DNA of 64,000 nucleotides from a phage: NCBI GenBank assembly GCA_011839185.1, contig GCA_011839185.1_3918.1; one strand, 5' to 3'. Shown piece by piece: positions 40,273 to 50,293 of this stretch (position 1 is its first letter; each line of letters starts with the position of its first letter). The notes under the pieces were generated by a model. It saw only the letters and a program-made list of their open reading frames with translations, ran no database searches and was not told where the DNA came from. The position numbers and the translations under genes were made by a program.

Positions 40273-40569
40273 ATGAAACTATCAAATAAAGTCCGTGAAA
40301 ATCTAAGCAAGTTACTTAATAAAATTGATTTCATTGAAACATCAAGGAATAGTCATGATGTTATGGAATGGTTACACGGAAAAATCAAAGGCCGTCGTGT
40401 AGTGATTTGCTTATGGAATAGTTGCAGGGAGTATAAAAAACCTGTATTGCAAGTCAATATTTACGATGATACTTTTAAAAGCCCTGTAAAGTCTAAAAGC
40501 GATTTATTAGAATCTTATGAGATAACTGTAAGTGGCAAAGTATCACGTAAAGAGGAAACACCATGTTAA
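40273..40569 (+). CDS. small hypothetical protein (98 aa)
   Basis: ORF with conserved upstream cassette. Confidence 0.45.
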   Translation: MKLSNKVRENLSKLLNKIDFIETSRNSHDVMEWLHGKIKGRRVVICLWNSCREYKKPVLQVNIYDDTFKSPVKSKSDLLESYEITVSGKVSRKEETPC

Positions 40570-40895
40570 TGACTGGTATCACTGCAATCATTGCCATTTT
40601 CGCGCTATATAAGGCATATAAAGCCTATAATCTAGCAAATAAGGCAATCACACAGCAGGTTAGCAATAACCTTGTAGAAAGCTTTCTAGGACGTCTCAGT
40701 GATGAGCAAATAAAGCGGCTAGAGATGAGCTTCAGATATAAAGCCAAAACCTATCAGATAAGTGACATCTTCAAAGATGATTTTCAGTTAGTTGATGATT
40801 ATAATTCTCTGATAAATGCTTTAAACATCAGTGACTTGAAAGGCTATCATGCTGTAATTGTTCAAGAGTTGAGCAAACGAAAACAAAATTCTTGA
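40563..40895 (+). CDS. small membrane protein (110 aa)
   Basis: N-terminal TM MTGITAIIAIFALYKAY. Confidence 0.4.
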   Translation: MLMTGITAIIAIFALYKAYKAYNLANKAITQQVSNNLVESFLGRLSDEQIKRLEMSFRYKAKTYQISDIFKDDFQLVDDYNSLINALNISDLKGYHAVIVQELSKRKQNS

Positions 40896-40983
40896 CACTG
40901 GTTTTTAGATAGATTAAATTACACATCAACGGGGAGGGGATGACCTTCCCCACTAAATAAAGTCCTAAACTGGAGAATCTAAA
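40896..40983. repeat. intergenic cassette family B (promoter-like box, GGGGAGGG..CCTTCCCC stem-loop, RBS)
   Basis: TTGACACTGGTTTTTAGATAGATTAAATT...CAACGGGGAGGGGATGACCTTCCCCACTAAATAAAGTCCTAAACTGGAGAATCTAAA; copies also near 41750, 42995, 44480, 44808. Confidence 0.7.
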
Positions 40984-41256
40984 ATGTATGCTACTAACAA
41001 TGGTCGCACTTTAAATGTCACACTACGTCACTATGTAGATGGTGTCATGCACTTTGAAGATTTACAAGCTGAGCAACATATCTTAGATTGGCAAGTCGCA
41101 GGACTCCAAAAAACTGCTACGGGATACGGTAAAAAGATTCCAACCAGTTGGAAAGTACACTACGAAGGACGTTTGCGCAGAATTTATCAGGATGTGCAAA
41201 GCAATAGTGCATCGAGTTACATTATAGTAAAAGGTAAAAAACTGCATTTAGTGTAA
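40984..41256 (+). CDS. small hypothetical protein (90 aa)
   Basis: ORF with conserved upstream cassette. Confidence 0.45.
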   Translation: MYATNNGRTLNVTLRHYVDGVMHFEDLQAEQHILDWQVAGLQKTATGYGKKIPTSWKVHYEGRLRRIYQDVQSNSASSYIIVKGKKLHLV

Positions 41257-41340
41257 AGTACTTTACAGGGGGTTATCAAGCTGATAAGATAGCCCCAGAT
41301 AAAGAGCTTTACCACTCAATCCTAAATTGGAGATTCTAAA

Positions 41341-41745
41341 ATGACTATTAATAACCGTGAATTATCAATCTTAAAAGCACGTTTGACCGTCAACCGGATT
41401 AATGTTCTGACATCATCAGCGCCTGATGAAACATTGCACAACATTATCGGAAAGATTCAAAGCGTTATTTTAGACGTTGAAAACGTAAAAAGCTCATTGG
41501 CTGACGTTGCAGCAGGTATCACGCTAGACGGTGCGCAATATGAAATGGCTGACATGTTAGGCAAATCGAAGGTAATGAATAAAGAGCTTGATTTAAAAAT
41601 GTTTCGATTTGCCGTGAAAGTATGGCTATCCGTCGAGTATGACGCTAATTTTGCAATCGCTGATTTCTTCGCCACTTGGTTACAACGTAATTTGGCAAAT
41701 CATGACTTTCGTGACATCTGCGACGCAATTTATGCAGAACTCTAA
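41341..41745 (+). CDS. small hypothetical protein (134 aa)
   Basis: ORF with conserved upstream cassette. Confidence 0.45.
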   Translation: MTINNRELSILKARLTVNRINVLTSSAPDETLHNIIGKIQSVILDVENVKSSLADVAAGITLDGAQYEMADMLGKSKVMNKELDLKMFRFAVKVWLSVEYDANFAIADFFATWLQRNLANHDFRDICDAIYAEL

Positions 41746-41845
41746 AAATTTTATTGACACTGGTTTTTAGATAGATTAAATTACACATCAACGGGGAGGG
41801 AATGACCTTCCCCACTAAATAAAGTCCTAAACTGGAGAATCTAAA

Positions 41846-42049
41846 ATGGCTATTATTAACGGCTTACACATTGAAACAACTCACATCAAAGATATTAAAG
41901 TTGGTGATGTAGTCCTTTCCCACGGCGTAGAGAAAACTGTCACTGCAAAGGATATCAAAGAGGACTCTTTCATGGGTAGGACTCTCTTCGGTGATTCTTA
42001 TTGCTTAGGTTATCTTGCAGTTTTAAAAGTTGTCAAAAATAACAAATAA
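41846..42049 (+). CDS. small hypothetical protein (67 aa)
   Basis: ORF with conserved upstream cassette. Confidence 0.4.
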   Translation: MAIINGLHIETTHIKDIKVGDVVLSHGVEKTVTAKDIKEDSFMGRTLFGDSYCLGYLAVLKVVKNNK

Positions 42050-42136
42050 AGTACTTTACAGGGGGCTTGGAAGTTGATATCTTAAGCCCCAGATAAAGAG
42101 CTTTATCACTCAATCCTTAAACTAGGAGATTCAAAA

Positions 42137-42679
42137 ATGAAATGCTATCACGGAACTACTCAAGAAAATTTCCTCAACCTGATTAATAACGGTGATAAAC
42201 CATCAGGCGCATGGAATTGTTCGGATATGGACGGCAATTTTTACGTGTATCCAGAAAATAAAATCTATGGCGACGATGAGGAAGAGATAACATCAGAAGG
42301 CATCCAGCAAGCTCTAGGCAATGCCACTATCACCGCAGCTTTTCAGATGAAGACTCAAAATATTGTTATCTTAGAACTCGATATTCCAGAGGATGAGCTG
42401 AATGACGATTATTCTTGTGATAATATGTCGAGTGTAGCAAGTTTTACAGAGTACTTTGATGTAAATTGGATTAAAAAGGTCTATACAACAGAGTTTAACG
42501 CTATGTATTCACCTTTTTGTCTTCCTTCATTGGATAACCCAAATTTAAACTATCTTGATGAGTCTCTGGAGCTTCTTGCTAAAAGTGTCCAACAGTCGGA
42601 CAGTATTCAGGTTTTTTGTGACATCATGGATACACTGACAGGGAACATTGCAGAAGAGGATTTAAAGAGCTTTTTCTAA
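42137..42679 (+). CDS. hypothetical protein (180 aa)
   Basis: ORF with conserved upstream cassette. Confidence 0.45.
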   Translation: MKCYHGTTQENFLNLINNGDKPSGAWNCSDMDGNFYVYPENKIYGDDEEEITSEGIQQALGNATITAAFQMKTQNIVILELDIPEDELNDDYSCDNMSSVASFTEYFDVNWIKKVYTTEFNAMYSPFCLPSLDNPNLNYLDESLELLAKSVQQSDSIQVFCDIMDTLTGNIAEEDLKSFF

Positions 42680-42745
42680 AAACCTATGCAATCACCTTAT
42701 AAACACTAATTAGCCCCTTGTAGGGGCTTTTAGAGGACTTAAATC

Positions 42746-42979
42746 ATGCTTACAACCATTTATCTCATCCTTTCCATTTGTAACGGCCATTCATGCGATT
42801 TTAAAGGGCTTGAGGAGTTCACAGGAAGTAAAGAAAATGCCATTCAAGTTTGTCAGATAGCAAGGCAAGACTATCCCGCCAGTGATGACATACAATGCTA
42901 CTTTAAGACAGAAGATGAAGAAGGCATTTATTTTGATAGTGTTGACGGTCAATATGAAATTATCATTGAAAAAGACTAG
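42746..42979 (+). CDS. small hypothetical protein (77 aa)
   Basis: ORF after hairpin/T-run at 42712-42733. Confidence 0.4.
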   Translation: MLTTIYLILSICNGHSCDFKGLEEFTGSKENAIQVCQIARQDYPASDDIQCYFKTEDEEGIYFDSVDGQYEIIIEKD

Positions 42980-43070
42980 ACAAGCCTGATAAAAGCTTGT
43001 AGAGTGTCAATCAACGGGGAGGGAATAACCTTCCCCACTAAATAAAGTCCTTAAACTAGGAGATTCTAAA

Positions 43071-43319
43071 ATGTATACTAAAACGCAACTTAAAAGCATG
43101 GTTAACAATGGTTTAATGGATGAAGTCTACAAAGAATGTAGACGCTATGGAAAAATCATGGATAAGTCTAGTTATGAGTATACTCACACAATAGATTTCA
43201 AAACTAATGAAAAACGAACTGACTTTATCACTGTGATAGTTATTGAATATAAATGCTTACTGTGGACTTTTGAGCTAGTAAAGGGTGAGTGTATAGAAAT
43301 CGAATACAAAGACGCTTAA
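43071..43319 (+). CDS. small hypothetical protein (82 aa)
   Basis: ORF with conserved upstream cassette. Confidence 0.4.
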   Translation: MYTKTQLKSMVNNGLMDEVYKECRRYGKIMDKSSYEYTHTIDFKTNEKRTDFITVIVIEYKCLLWTFELVKGECIEIEYKDA

Positions 43320-43405
43320 AAGTACTTTACAGGGGGCTTAAAAGTTGGTATCTTAAGCCCCAGATAAAGAGCTTTACCACTAAATCCTAAACTGGAGATT
43401 CAAAA

Positions 43406-43747
43406 ATGGCTTATGTAACTGTAATTACCGATAAAGAGAATTCATCTTGGTCAACTCAGGTTAGTGATAAGATGTCACCTATGCAGTGCCTAAAATACTT
43501 TGAGCAGTGGAACAAAGGCGAGGATGTAAGCCCCTTTCAGGTAATGCAAATCATCCATACAGATAACGAAGGGAATAAAACGACACTGAATAGTGAGTAC
43601 TATGCAAGCCGTTTTGAAACGAGAAGTAAAACAATGAAGCTTTTACGTGAATCCGGCTATTCTCACATTGCCGCGCTAATATGGGATGACCTGCTGAAAA
43701 GCCAGCGTATCAGCTATGTAAAACCTGAAAAAATATTCATCAGTTAA
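43406..43747 (+). CDS. small hypothetical protein (113 aa)
   Basis: ORF with conserved upstream cassette. Confidence 0.45.
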   Translation: MAYVTVITDKENSSWSTQVSDKMSPMQCLKYFEQWNKGEDVSPFQVMQIIHTDNEGNKTTLNSEYYASRFETRSKTMKLLRESGYSHIAALIWDDLLKSQRISYVKPEKIFIS

Positions 43748-43947
43748 TCAATAACTTATAAAAAACTTTAAAAAATTACTTGACGATACCCCTTGACAAT
43801 AGTACATTTGTTCGAGGGGGTTTATCTAAAAGGGATTCACTTAAAAGATTCTTTATAGATAAACTTAAAAAATTGCTTGCAATCATCTTCCAAAAACTTT
43901 ATAGTTTATCTCAAGCAATAATGCTTTCCTAAACTGGAGATTCAAAA

Positions 43948-44478
43948 ATGAACAAGTTCAAAGCTATCAACTACATTCGCTCAAATAGTGTCATGTCTAA
44001 GCCTGTTAAGGATACCTACGAATTTCGTTGCAATGGCGAACACTTTGCTACCATCACCAAATCAAACAACGGGGCTTATTATATCCATCGTCGTAATGTT
44101 TCTACGGTTGTAGTTTCTAACTTTATGCAAGCTGTAGCGGAACTCCTCCCACTCTTCTTAGAAAAGTATGCCGTACAGTGTGAAAGTGTTCGTGAATGCA
44201 CTAAAACAGTGTTAAACGGTTATCGTATGGCTTATGAGCGCTCTTTAAAGAATCTCAATAAATACTACAAAGCACCGGAAGGTACTTCATCCACAGCCTA
44301 CGGGGTAGGGGGCTTCAATGTCAGCCTTTACGAAGTGGAAGAAATCGAGCTTTATGACCATCGCCCAAATGGTTACGCTAAGACACTGGGAGATGGGTTA
44401 ATGCTGAATATCAAGAACTTAGAAAAAACTTTAAGAGAAATTGAAAAAGATATTGACGAGACAATCAAAAGTCTGTAA
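43948..44478 (+). CDS. hypothetical protein (176 aa)
   Basis: ORF preceded by CCTAAACTGGAGATTCAAAA-ATG. Confidence 0.45.
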   Translation: MNKFKAINYIRSNSVMSKPVKDTYEFRCNGEHFATITKSNNGAYYIHRRNVSTVVVSNFMQAVAELLPLFLEKYAVQCESVRECTKTVLNGYRMAYERSLKNLNKYYKAPEGTSSTAYGVGGFNVSLYEVEEIELYDHRPNGYAKTLGDGLMLNIKNLEKTLREIEKDIDETIKSL

Positions 44479-44543
44479 ATTATCAATCAACGGGGAGGGA
44501 ATAACCTTCCCCACTAAGTAAAGTCCTAAACTGGAGATTCAAA

Positions 44544-44807
44544 ATGGAACACGTAGAACTGACCACACTCTTACAAATCGCAACCGACAAGGAAGACGTA
44601 GCATTATTTCACCGTATCGAAAGTGATTTGTTCAATGGTGAAATCATCAAAGAATCTTACGAAGTTGTCGGATTCAAAGATGGTAAAGCATTTGGCTTTT
44701 TTGACCTCGACAAAAGCAAAGCGGTTACAAAGTACGATGTTCTATCTTGTGAGATTCTTACAAAATACAACGAAAAAAGGCTTGCAACATACGCCAACAT
44801 GCAGTAA
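44544..44807 (+). CDS. small hypothetical protein (87 aa)
   Basis: ORF with conserved upstream cassette. Confidence 0.45.
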   Translation: MEHVELTTLLQIATDKEDVALFHRIESDLFNGEIIKESYEVVGFKDGKAFGFFDLDKSKAVTKYDVLSCEILTKYNEKRLATYANMQ

Positions 44808-44871
44808 ATTACTAATCAACGGGGAGGGATGACCTCCCTACTAAATAAAACCTTAAACTAGGAGATTCAAA

Positions 44872-45120
44872 ATGGCTACTATCCGCGCAACTGTTAACGA
44901 ATTCGGCTTTTGCTCTCTGGATGTTAAATTTGACCTTGTAGGTACTGATAACGCCTTTGAGATGGTGAAAGGTCTTATCAGTCAAACCATCAAAGACTAT
45001 AACCCTTCTGATGAGTTCTGGAAAGAAACAAAACAGGAAGTTCTCAAAGATGGTTATTCTTATCACTATTGGGGTGAAAAAATTGTCTCCCTATACTACG
45101 ACAAAGAGGGCACTAACTAA
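44872..45120 (+). CDS. small hypothetical protein (82 aa)
   Basis: Last ORF of rightward block, with conserved upstream cassette. Confidence 0.45.
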   Translation: MATIRATVNEFGFCSLDVKFDLVGTDNAFEMVKGLISQTIKDYNPSDEFWKETKQEVLKDGYSYHYWGEKIVSLYYDKEGTN

Positions 45121-45186
45121 TCGACGCAACGGGGCTAAATAGCCCCAGATACCTTAAAAGCTCCTTCTCATAGGGGCTTTTTTACG

Positions 45187-46740
45187 TCTATAAAGAATCC
45201 TTTCCCTTTCCTTTCCAGAATCTACCCCACTGATTCGATAGAGTCTATCTCATACCTTAAAAAGCAATAACTCTATAGTCTATTCTATAGCCCCTTATCA
45301 AATCAACTTAAATAAAAGCCAATAACCCCAGAAAGGGGATGGCCCATTTAAACGCTCTATAAAGCTCTATAACAGCCTTATCAACCTAACTTAAGGGATT
45401 GCATTAACCCACTCTAAAAAGCCCTTTATAAAGCTTCCTATAGCCTTAAAAGAATCTTATAAGGTGTAAGCTTTATCATCTCGTTAGTTTCTTGTGAATA
45501 TCTAAAAAGGGCTTGTTAGTGTCTTAAAAGTATGTTATAGGGGCTTAAAAGTAGCTTAAAAGCTATGTGAAAGAGGCTATAAAGTTACGTAAATGCTAGC
45601 CCCCTTAACATTTTCTTAACAATTTCTTAACAAACCCTACATAGTTATGCTTGTTAGAGACTTGTTAGCCCCTTGTTAAATCTCTGTTAAAACCACGTAA
45701 AAGGCTTGTAAGAACCTTTGGCATAGCCTTAAAAGCTCCTGTAAAGCCCTATAAAGAGCTATCCATACAGTTGAGGGGTAAATACTAGGAAGAGGCTTAA
45801 AAGAGCTTACAAGGAGCTATAGAGAGCTTTTAAGAGGCATGTTTAAGGAATCACTAAGAAAGGAAAGGGAACGATAAGGAAGAGATAGTGACCATGTTAA
45901 TAGCTTGTTAAAAAGATTAAACACTTGTTAGAAACTTGTTAATTATCTTAACAAAATAACCCTTTAAAATTAACTTGTTAGCTCTTGTTAGTCATCTGTT
46001 AAGATTCTGTAAAGCCTATTCAGCACTTGTTAGAAAACTGTTACAGTCTTGTTAGTTCTGTTAAGAATCTGTTAAGACCTTTGAAGAGTTGTTAAGAAGA
46101 TGTAAGGACTGTTAAGAGATTGTTAAGGATATTTTAAAATTTTGCAAAGTACTTGTAAGGGAGTTGTTAAGGGCTACCAAGCAGATATACATCTTCTACA
46201 GATATTTTTCAGTTCCTTCAAAGACCCTAAAAAATGACTTGATAGTCCTATTTTATAAAAATTTTAAAATTCTGAATAATTACCTATACAGTCTTTTAAA
46301 AATACAGGTAGAAACAGGCTTATAAGATACCTTGTTAGTACCGTGTTAGACCTTGTGAGATAAGGTCTGTAAAGATATTACTGTTAAGTTTGTTAAAACA
46401 GTCTATATAGAGGCTTAGTATTTCCTAGTGAACATCTATAGAGAGTCACATAGCTGACATAGAGATTAAGAGGTGTATAGGAGCTTCTAAGAAGGTGTAG
46501 AGAGATGGTTAAGGTGATTGTATAGGTTGTTAAGAAGGCTTGTTAGAGGGCTTGTTAGAAGGGTTATACAGAGGGGCTATTAAGACCACTAGATAGTTAC
46601 TAAGATACTATATAGTACTATATAACTATATAGAGAGTAAGATTAAGAAGGTTGTTAAGAAGGGTAGATATTTTATTCACATATGATGGTGACCCAGAGG
46701 TTGGGACAACCGATAAATTTTATAAAAATTAAAAAGCCCC
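45187..46740. repeat. ORF-free iteron field: dozens of CTTGTTAG / CTGTTAAG / TTGTTAAG repeats, many at 10-12 bp phasing
   Basis: e.g. 45979-46135 aacttgttagctcttgttagtcatctgttaagattctg...gactgttaagagattgttaagg; also CTATAAAG/CTTAAAAG boxes at 45190-45600; no ORF of 60 aa or more in the track. Confidence 0.7.
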
Positions 46741-46765
46741 CGATTAAGGAGGCTCTTAAGATATT

Positions 46766-47359
46766 TTAAATCAGTGTTTCCAGAACTGTTTTTAATGATG
46801 ACTTAGTTGTCTGATAAAAATGAGTGAATCCGTTGTTGTTATCGAATATCTGCATCATGATATCATCTCCCTTGATTGGATACACTCGGATATCATAGTG
46901 AAACCCATTAAAGACAGCAGAACCATTACAGAACACACTAAAATCACTTGCTGAGATATACTCTTCATGACCTGTGATTTTTATACAGATACCCTTACTT
47001 GGTCTCTTAGGGTTGATATCCTCCATCACAGACATACTCTGTCCACCAAGAGATACCATAGTGACCACTTTACGGTTCTTCTGTTTAAAGTACATCTTAA
47101 CTTTCTGCAAAGTGTCTTCATAGAACGGATAAGACTTCTCTACAAAGATTCCTTCTAATGGCTCTTTACCATTTTCAACCTCTCTGTTGTGTCGTACTGC
47201 AAAGGTAATTTGTTCGAACCAGTCAAGATTTTCTTCGGAGAGTGCTTCTCGAATATCATTCGAGTCAAGGACTAGGTAGTTACCTTCAACCTCTTTTAAG
47301 TTATCTTTTTCCATAGCTATCACACCATTATCGTAAAACTTGGTAAGCTGGTACTGCAA
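46766..47359 (-). CDS. hypothetical protein (197 aa)
   Basis: First ORF of second leftward block. Confidence 0.45.
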   Translation of the reverse strand: MQYQLTKFYDNGVIAMEKDNLKEVEGNYLVLDSNDIREALSEENLDWFEQITFAVRHNREVENGKEPLEGIFVEKSYPFYEDTLQKVKMYFKQKNRKVVTMVSLGGQSMSVMEDINPKRPSKGICIKITGHEEYISASDFSVFCNGSAVFNGFHYDIRVYPIKGDDIMMQIFDNNNGFTHFYQTTKSSLKTVLETLI

Positions 47360-47792
47360 ACTTGTTGCTATTGTTCCTAATAAGGTCTTCTTCTGTTACT
47401 AAGAATGTAATCCCACATAAGTGCGTATAGTGGCTGTCATACTCGAATATTTTAAGTAAGTATTTACCATCATGATAAACAGATTCTACTACACCTTTTG
47501 CAACAATCTTTCCAGTCTTGAAGTCTTTAAGAGGGTATGTATTACCAACTTTAGGGACTGTTTTCACTTCAGGTTCTTTTAGCTTCTCACTAGCTTCTAC
47601 ATCACCTAGTAAGTTAGAACTTTCAAAAGCTCTGAATCTCATATAAGCTTCTGAACATTCCCAGATAAAACAATGTACAAGAACCTTAGCAGCATGTCTT
47701 GAGCAATTCAACTCATCACAGATTTCTTTGTACATCTCATCTTTAGTTGAGTTGTTAAGCATTGCTTTTTGAACTACTTCTTTAATTTTCAT
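47328..47792 (-). CDS. hypothetical protein (154 aa)
   Basis: ORF only. Confidence 0.45.
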   Translation of the reverse strand: MKIKEVVQKAMLNNSTKDEMYKEICDELNCSRHAAKVLVHCFIWECSEAYMRFRAFESSNLLGDVEASEKLKEPEVKTVPKVGNTYPLKDFKTGKIVAKGVVESVYHDGKYLLKIFEYDSHYTHLCGITFLVTEEDLIRNNSNKFAVPAYQVLR

Positions 47793-48210
47793 AAGCTCTC
47801 CGAATAACCCTATTAAGCATCTCTAAAGTCAGCTTTCCAGACTCTAAATGTGGCATAACAAGCTTTAAAGCTTTTTCAACATCATGCACAACATCTATTA
47901 TACCTTCTTCATAGGCTTCTACAAGGATATCTTTTACGTTTTGTTGGTTATCTTTTTGTGGTATTGCTAGACGCATATCAAACTCATTTGCTTGAGGGTG
48001 GTCACTACCATGCCAGTAACCATCTTTGTTAAAGCTGATGTAGTCACCGTGGTAAAAGTGTACACCATTAGCTTTAAACTTCTCCAGCACAAGGCATTGA
48101 ATTGGGTATTCAGTATTCCACTCCCTGACTCCTATAACCTTCACTGTTGCGATGTACTCCTGTGTTTTTGCATCTACGATGTCAAGTTCTTGACCAGCTA
48201 TGATTTGCAT
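47782..48210 (-). CDS. hypothetical protein (142 aa)
   Basis: ORF only. Confidence 0.45.
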   Translation of the reverse strand: MQIIAGQELDIVDAKTQEYIATVKVIGVREWNTEYPIQCLVLEKFKANGVHFYHGDYISFNKDGYWHGSDHPQANEFDMRLAIPQKDNQQNVKDILVEAYEEGIIDVVHDVEKALKLVMPHLESGKLTLEMLNRVIRRAYEN

Positions 48211-48263
48211 ATTCGCTACCTTCTAAGTTCTACAAAGGGGCTATCAAGTAACCCCTCAAGCTA

Positions 48264-48488
48264 CTACTCAGACTTTTCAGTCTTCTTATCGGATTTCTTA
48301 CTAGTCTTCTTCTCAGCTTTCTGTTCAGGTTCCTTCTCAGAAGTTGCCTTGATAACCATATCAAGAAGCTCTGATAAGTCACTCTTCAGCAAAGTAACAG
48401 GTTGCTCATTGTAGAAGTTTTTGTCAAGATAGACTTTGAACTCTTCAATAGATGGAAATCCAAAAATTGGTACAGGTGTCTTAATCAT
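48264..48488 (-). CDS. hypothetical protein (74 aa), lysine-rich C-terminus
   Basis: ORF only. Confidence 0.4.
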   Translation of the reverse strand: MIKTPVPIFGFPSIEEFKVYLDKNFYNEQPVTLLKSDLSELLDMVIKATSEKEPEQKAEKKTSKKSDKKTEKSE

Positions 48489-48564
48489 TACTTAGTTTCT
48501 CCATAAGCATCTTTCAAGATTGCCTTGTTAATCATTTCAGCGATTGCAAAACGAACACATACAG

Positions 48565-49068
48565 CTATAATTGTAGGTTGCATTCTTTACTTACCTCTTC
48601 AAGTTTAACCTCAGAGTCCTTAAGTCGTTTCTTATGAACTCTGAATCTTATTAGTGAGATGATGATACCAGCTAAAGGAACAGCATACAAGTACCAGATA
48701 TCATGTAGCTTTGCAGTAATCTGTGTAATTGTCAAATCTTGAGCTATGTAGCTGATTGCTGATACTGCTAGTAATGTTGCTAAGAAAAACACTAGTATCA
48801 TTGCAATATTCATACAACCTCTTGCATGGTACTCATGCTTAATACACTTATTCTTTTCGTCAACAACCCTGTTGTAGTCATTTGTAAAGTCTCTGTAGAA
48901 AGCTTTCAAGTATTCTTTATTGTAGCCTTCAAAGCAACCTGTACCGTACCAATAATCACCACCAAAATGTGCTATGATACCAGTATCTCCGTTTGGTTTG
49001 GTTACTCTTAGAGAGACATGATGACCAGTCTTCTGGTAATCTATCTTATATCTTTCTTCGTAAATCAT
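48565..49068 (-). CDS. putative membrane protein (167 aa)
   Basis: Two hydrophobic segments (MNIAMILVFFLATLLAVSAISYIA and LYAVPLAGIIISLI). Confidence 0.45.
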   Translation of the reverse strand: MIYEERYKIDYQKTGHHVSLRVTKPNGDTGIIAHFGGDYWYGTGCFEGYNKEYLKAFYRDFTNDYNRVVDEKNKCIKHEYHARGCMNIAMILVFFLATLLAVSAISYIAQDLTITQITAKLHDIWYLYAVPLAGIIISLIRFRVHKKRLKDSEVKLEEVSKECNLQL

Positions 49069-49283
49069 TTTTCAACCCCTCTCAATCTCTTGTTCCATTC
49101 AAGGTCAACAAATCTTTGCAGAACTTTTCCTCTAGGTGTTACACCTTTTAAATCTGCATCGTAACAATGGTAAAAGTCACCTTCAGCGTGTTTACCATAG
49201 CATTTTCTGATATTCTGGCTTCTGCGATACTGTTCTAACAAGGACAGTTTGTAGTAATCTTCAACTGTAGTTAGTTTTTTCAT
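49065..49283 (-). CDS. hypothetical protein (72 aa)
   Basis: ORF only. Confidence 0.4.
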   Translation of the reverse strand: MKKLTTVEDYYKLSLLEQYRRSQNIRKCYGKHAEGDFYHCYDADLKGVTPRGKVLQRFVDLEWNKRLRGVEK

Positions 49284-49367
49284 TCTTTCACCACGTATCT
49301 TCTCAAGAAACTAAAAAAGGGAACTACCTCTCGATAGCCCCCATCATAGTTAATGTTGTATATTCGG

Positions 49368-49949
49368 TCAAGAGTATTTTTTAGGCAGTAATGCACTGCG
49401 CTTATTGCTCTCTTCACTCAATAGTGCGATAAATTCATCACCTTTACCCTTCCACGGGCTGAATGTCGGAATGTGCTCTCTGATAGCATCAATCACTGTT
49501 TTAAGGGCGTTGTTTTTTAACCACCAATCAGACACTGCTGAGGCTACAATATAATAAGCACCATCATCTGTGAAGATTGGCTCAGAGATACATGGTGAAA
49601 TCATAGTGGTGATGATAGAGCCGTTATTCATGTAATATGTTCTTTTTTCAACCTTATCAAGAAGTTTATGTAGGTCTGCAAAGAGACTCACAACCTCTTT
49701 ATGGTCAATATCTTTTTCAAGATTTGCTCTGTATTTCAGCAGTGCAGCATCGACCTCTTTGTCATTGAATTTGAAGTATTGAACTTCTTCATTCACACAT
49801 ACACTGATGTTGTTGGTGTTTATCGTCAATTTGCACAGTTTGACTGGAGAGTTAATGTTGGTCTGAAAAAGTGCTACACAGCCTTCTACATTCCCGAAAT
49901 GTTTGACTAATGTAACTTCTGGTTGGATGTGCTCATGTTCTTCTGACAT
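49368..49949 (-). CDS. hypothetical protein (193 aa)
   Basis: ORF only. Confidence 0.45.
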   Translation of the reverse strand: MSEEHEHIQPEVTLVKHFGNVEGCVALFQTNINSPVKLCKLTINTNNISVCVNEEVQYFKFNDKEVDAALLKYRANLEKDIDHKEVVSLFADLHKLLDKVEKRTYYMNNGSIITTMISPCISEPIFTDDGAYYIVASAVSDWWLKNNALKTVIDAIREHIPTFSPWKGKGDEFIALLSEESNKRSALLPKKYS

Positions 49950-50293
49950 TATAGTTTCCTCATTAAATACTTTTTAAGTTGTGTGTTAGGTTTCTCAAAA
50001 ACTTCTATAGAAGATATCTTGACAGACTCACCACGCATACCTGTATGTTTAAATATGTAATACTCTAACATCCCTATGTACTTTGCTGGTAAGTCATGTT
50101 TGACATACACTGTTACAGAATCTTCAAATTCAACAACCTTTGTACCATCCTTGTAGTTAAACTCTCTAGGGTGGTTGTAGTTATCAATGTCATACATTAA
50201 AAAGAGTCTTTTCCGTTGCATGTCAAGCTTATTGGTTAAAGACTCTTTAATATCTGAGAAGTTTTTGTACACTGTGACATGGAGCTTACTCAT
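49949..50293 (-). CDS. hypothetical protein (114 aa)
   Basis: ORF only. Confidence 0.45.
   Translation of the reverse strand: MSKLHVTVYKNFSDIKESLTNKLDMQRKRLFLMYDIDNYNHPREFNYKDGTKVVEFEDSVTVYVKHDLPAKYIGMLEYYIFKHTGMRGESVKISSIEVFEKPNTQLKKYLMRKL

Noticed and set aside
38860-45190. CRISPR array as explanation for the repeated intergenic cassettes
   Set aside because: Repeats are about 90 bp, not 24-48 bp; the intervening units are 200-550-bp ORFs with RBS and start codons; no cas genes; the repeats contain promoter-like and RBS sequences
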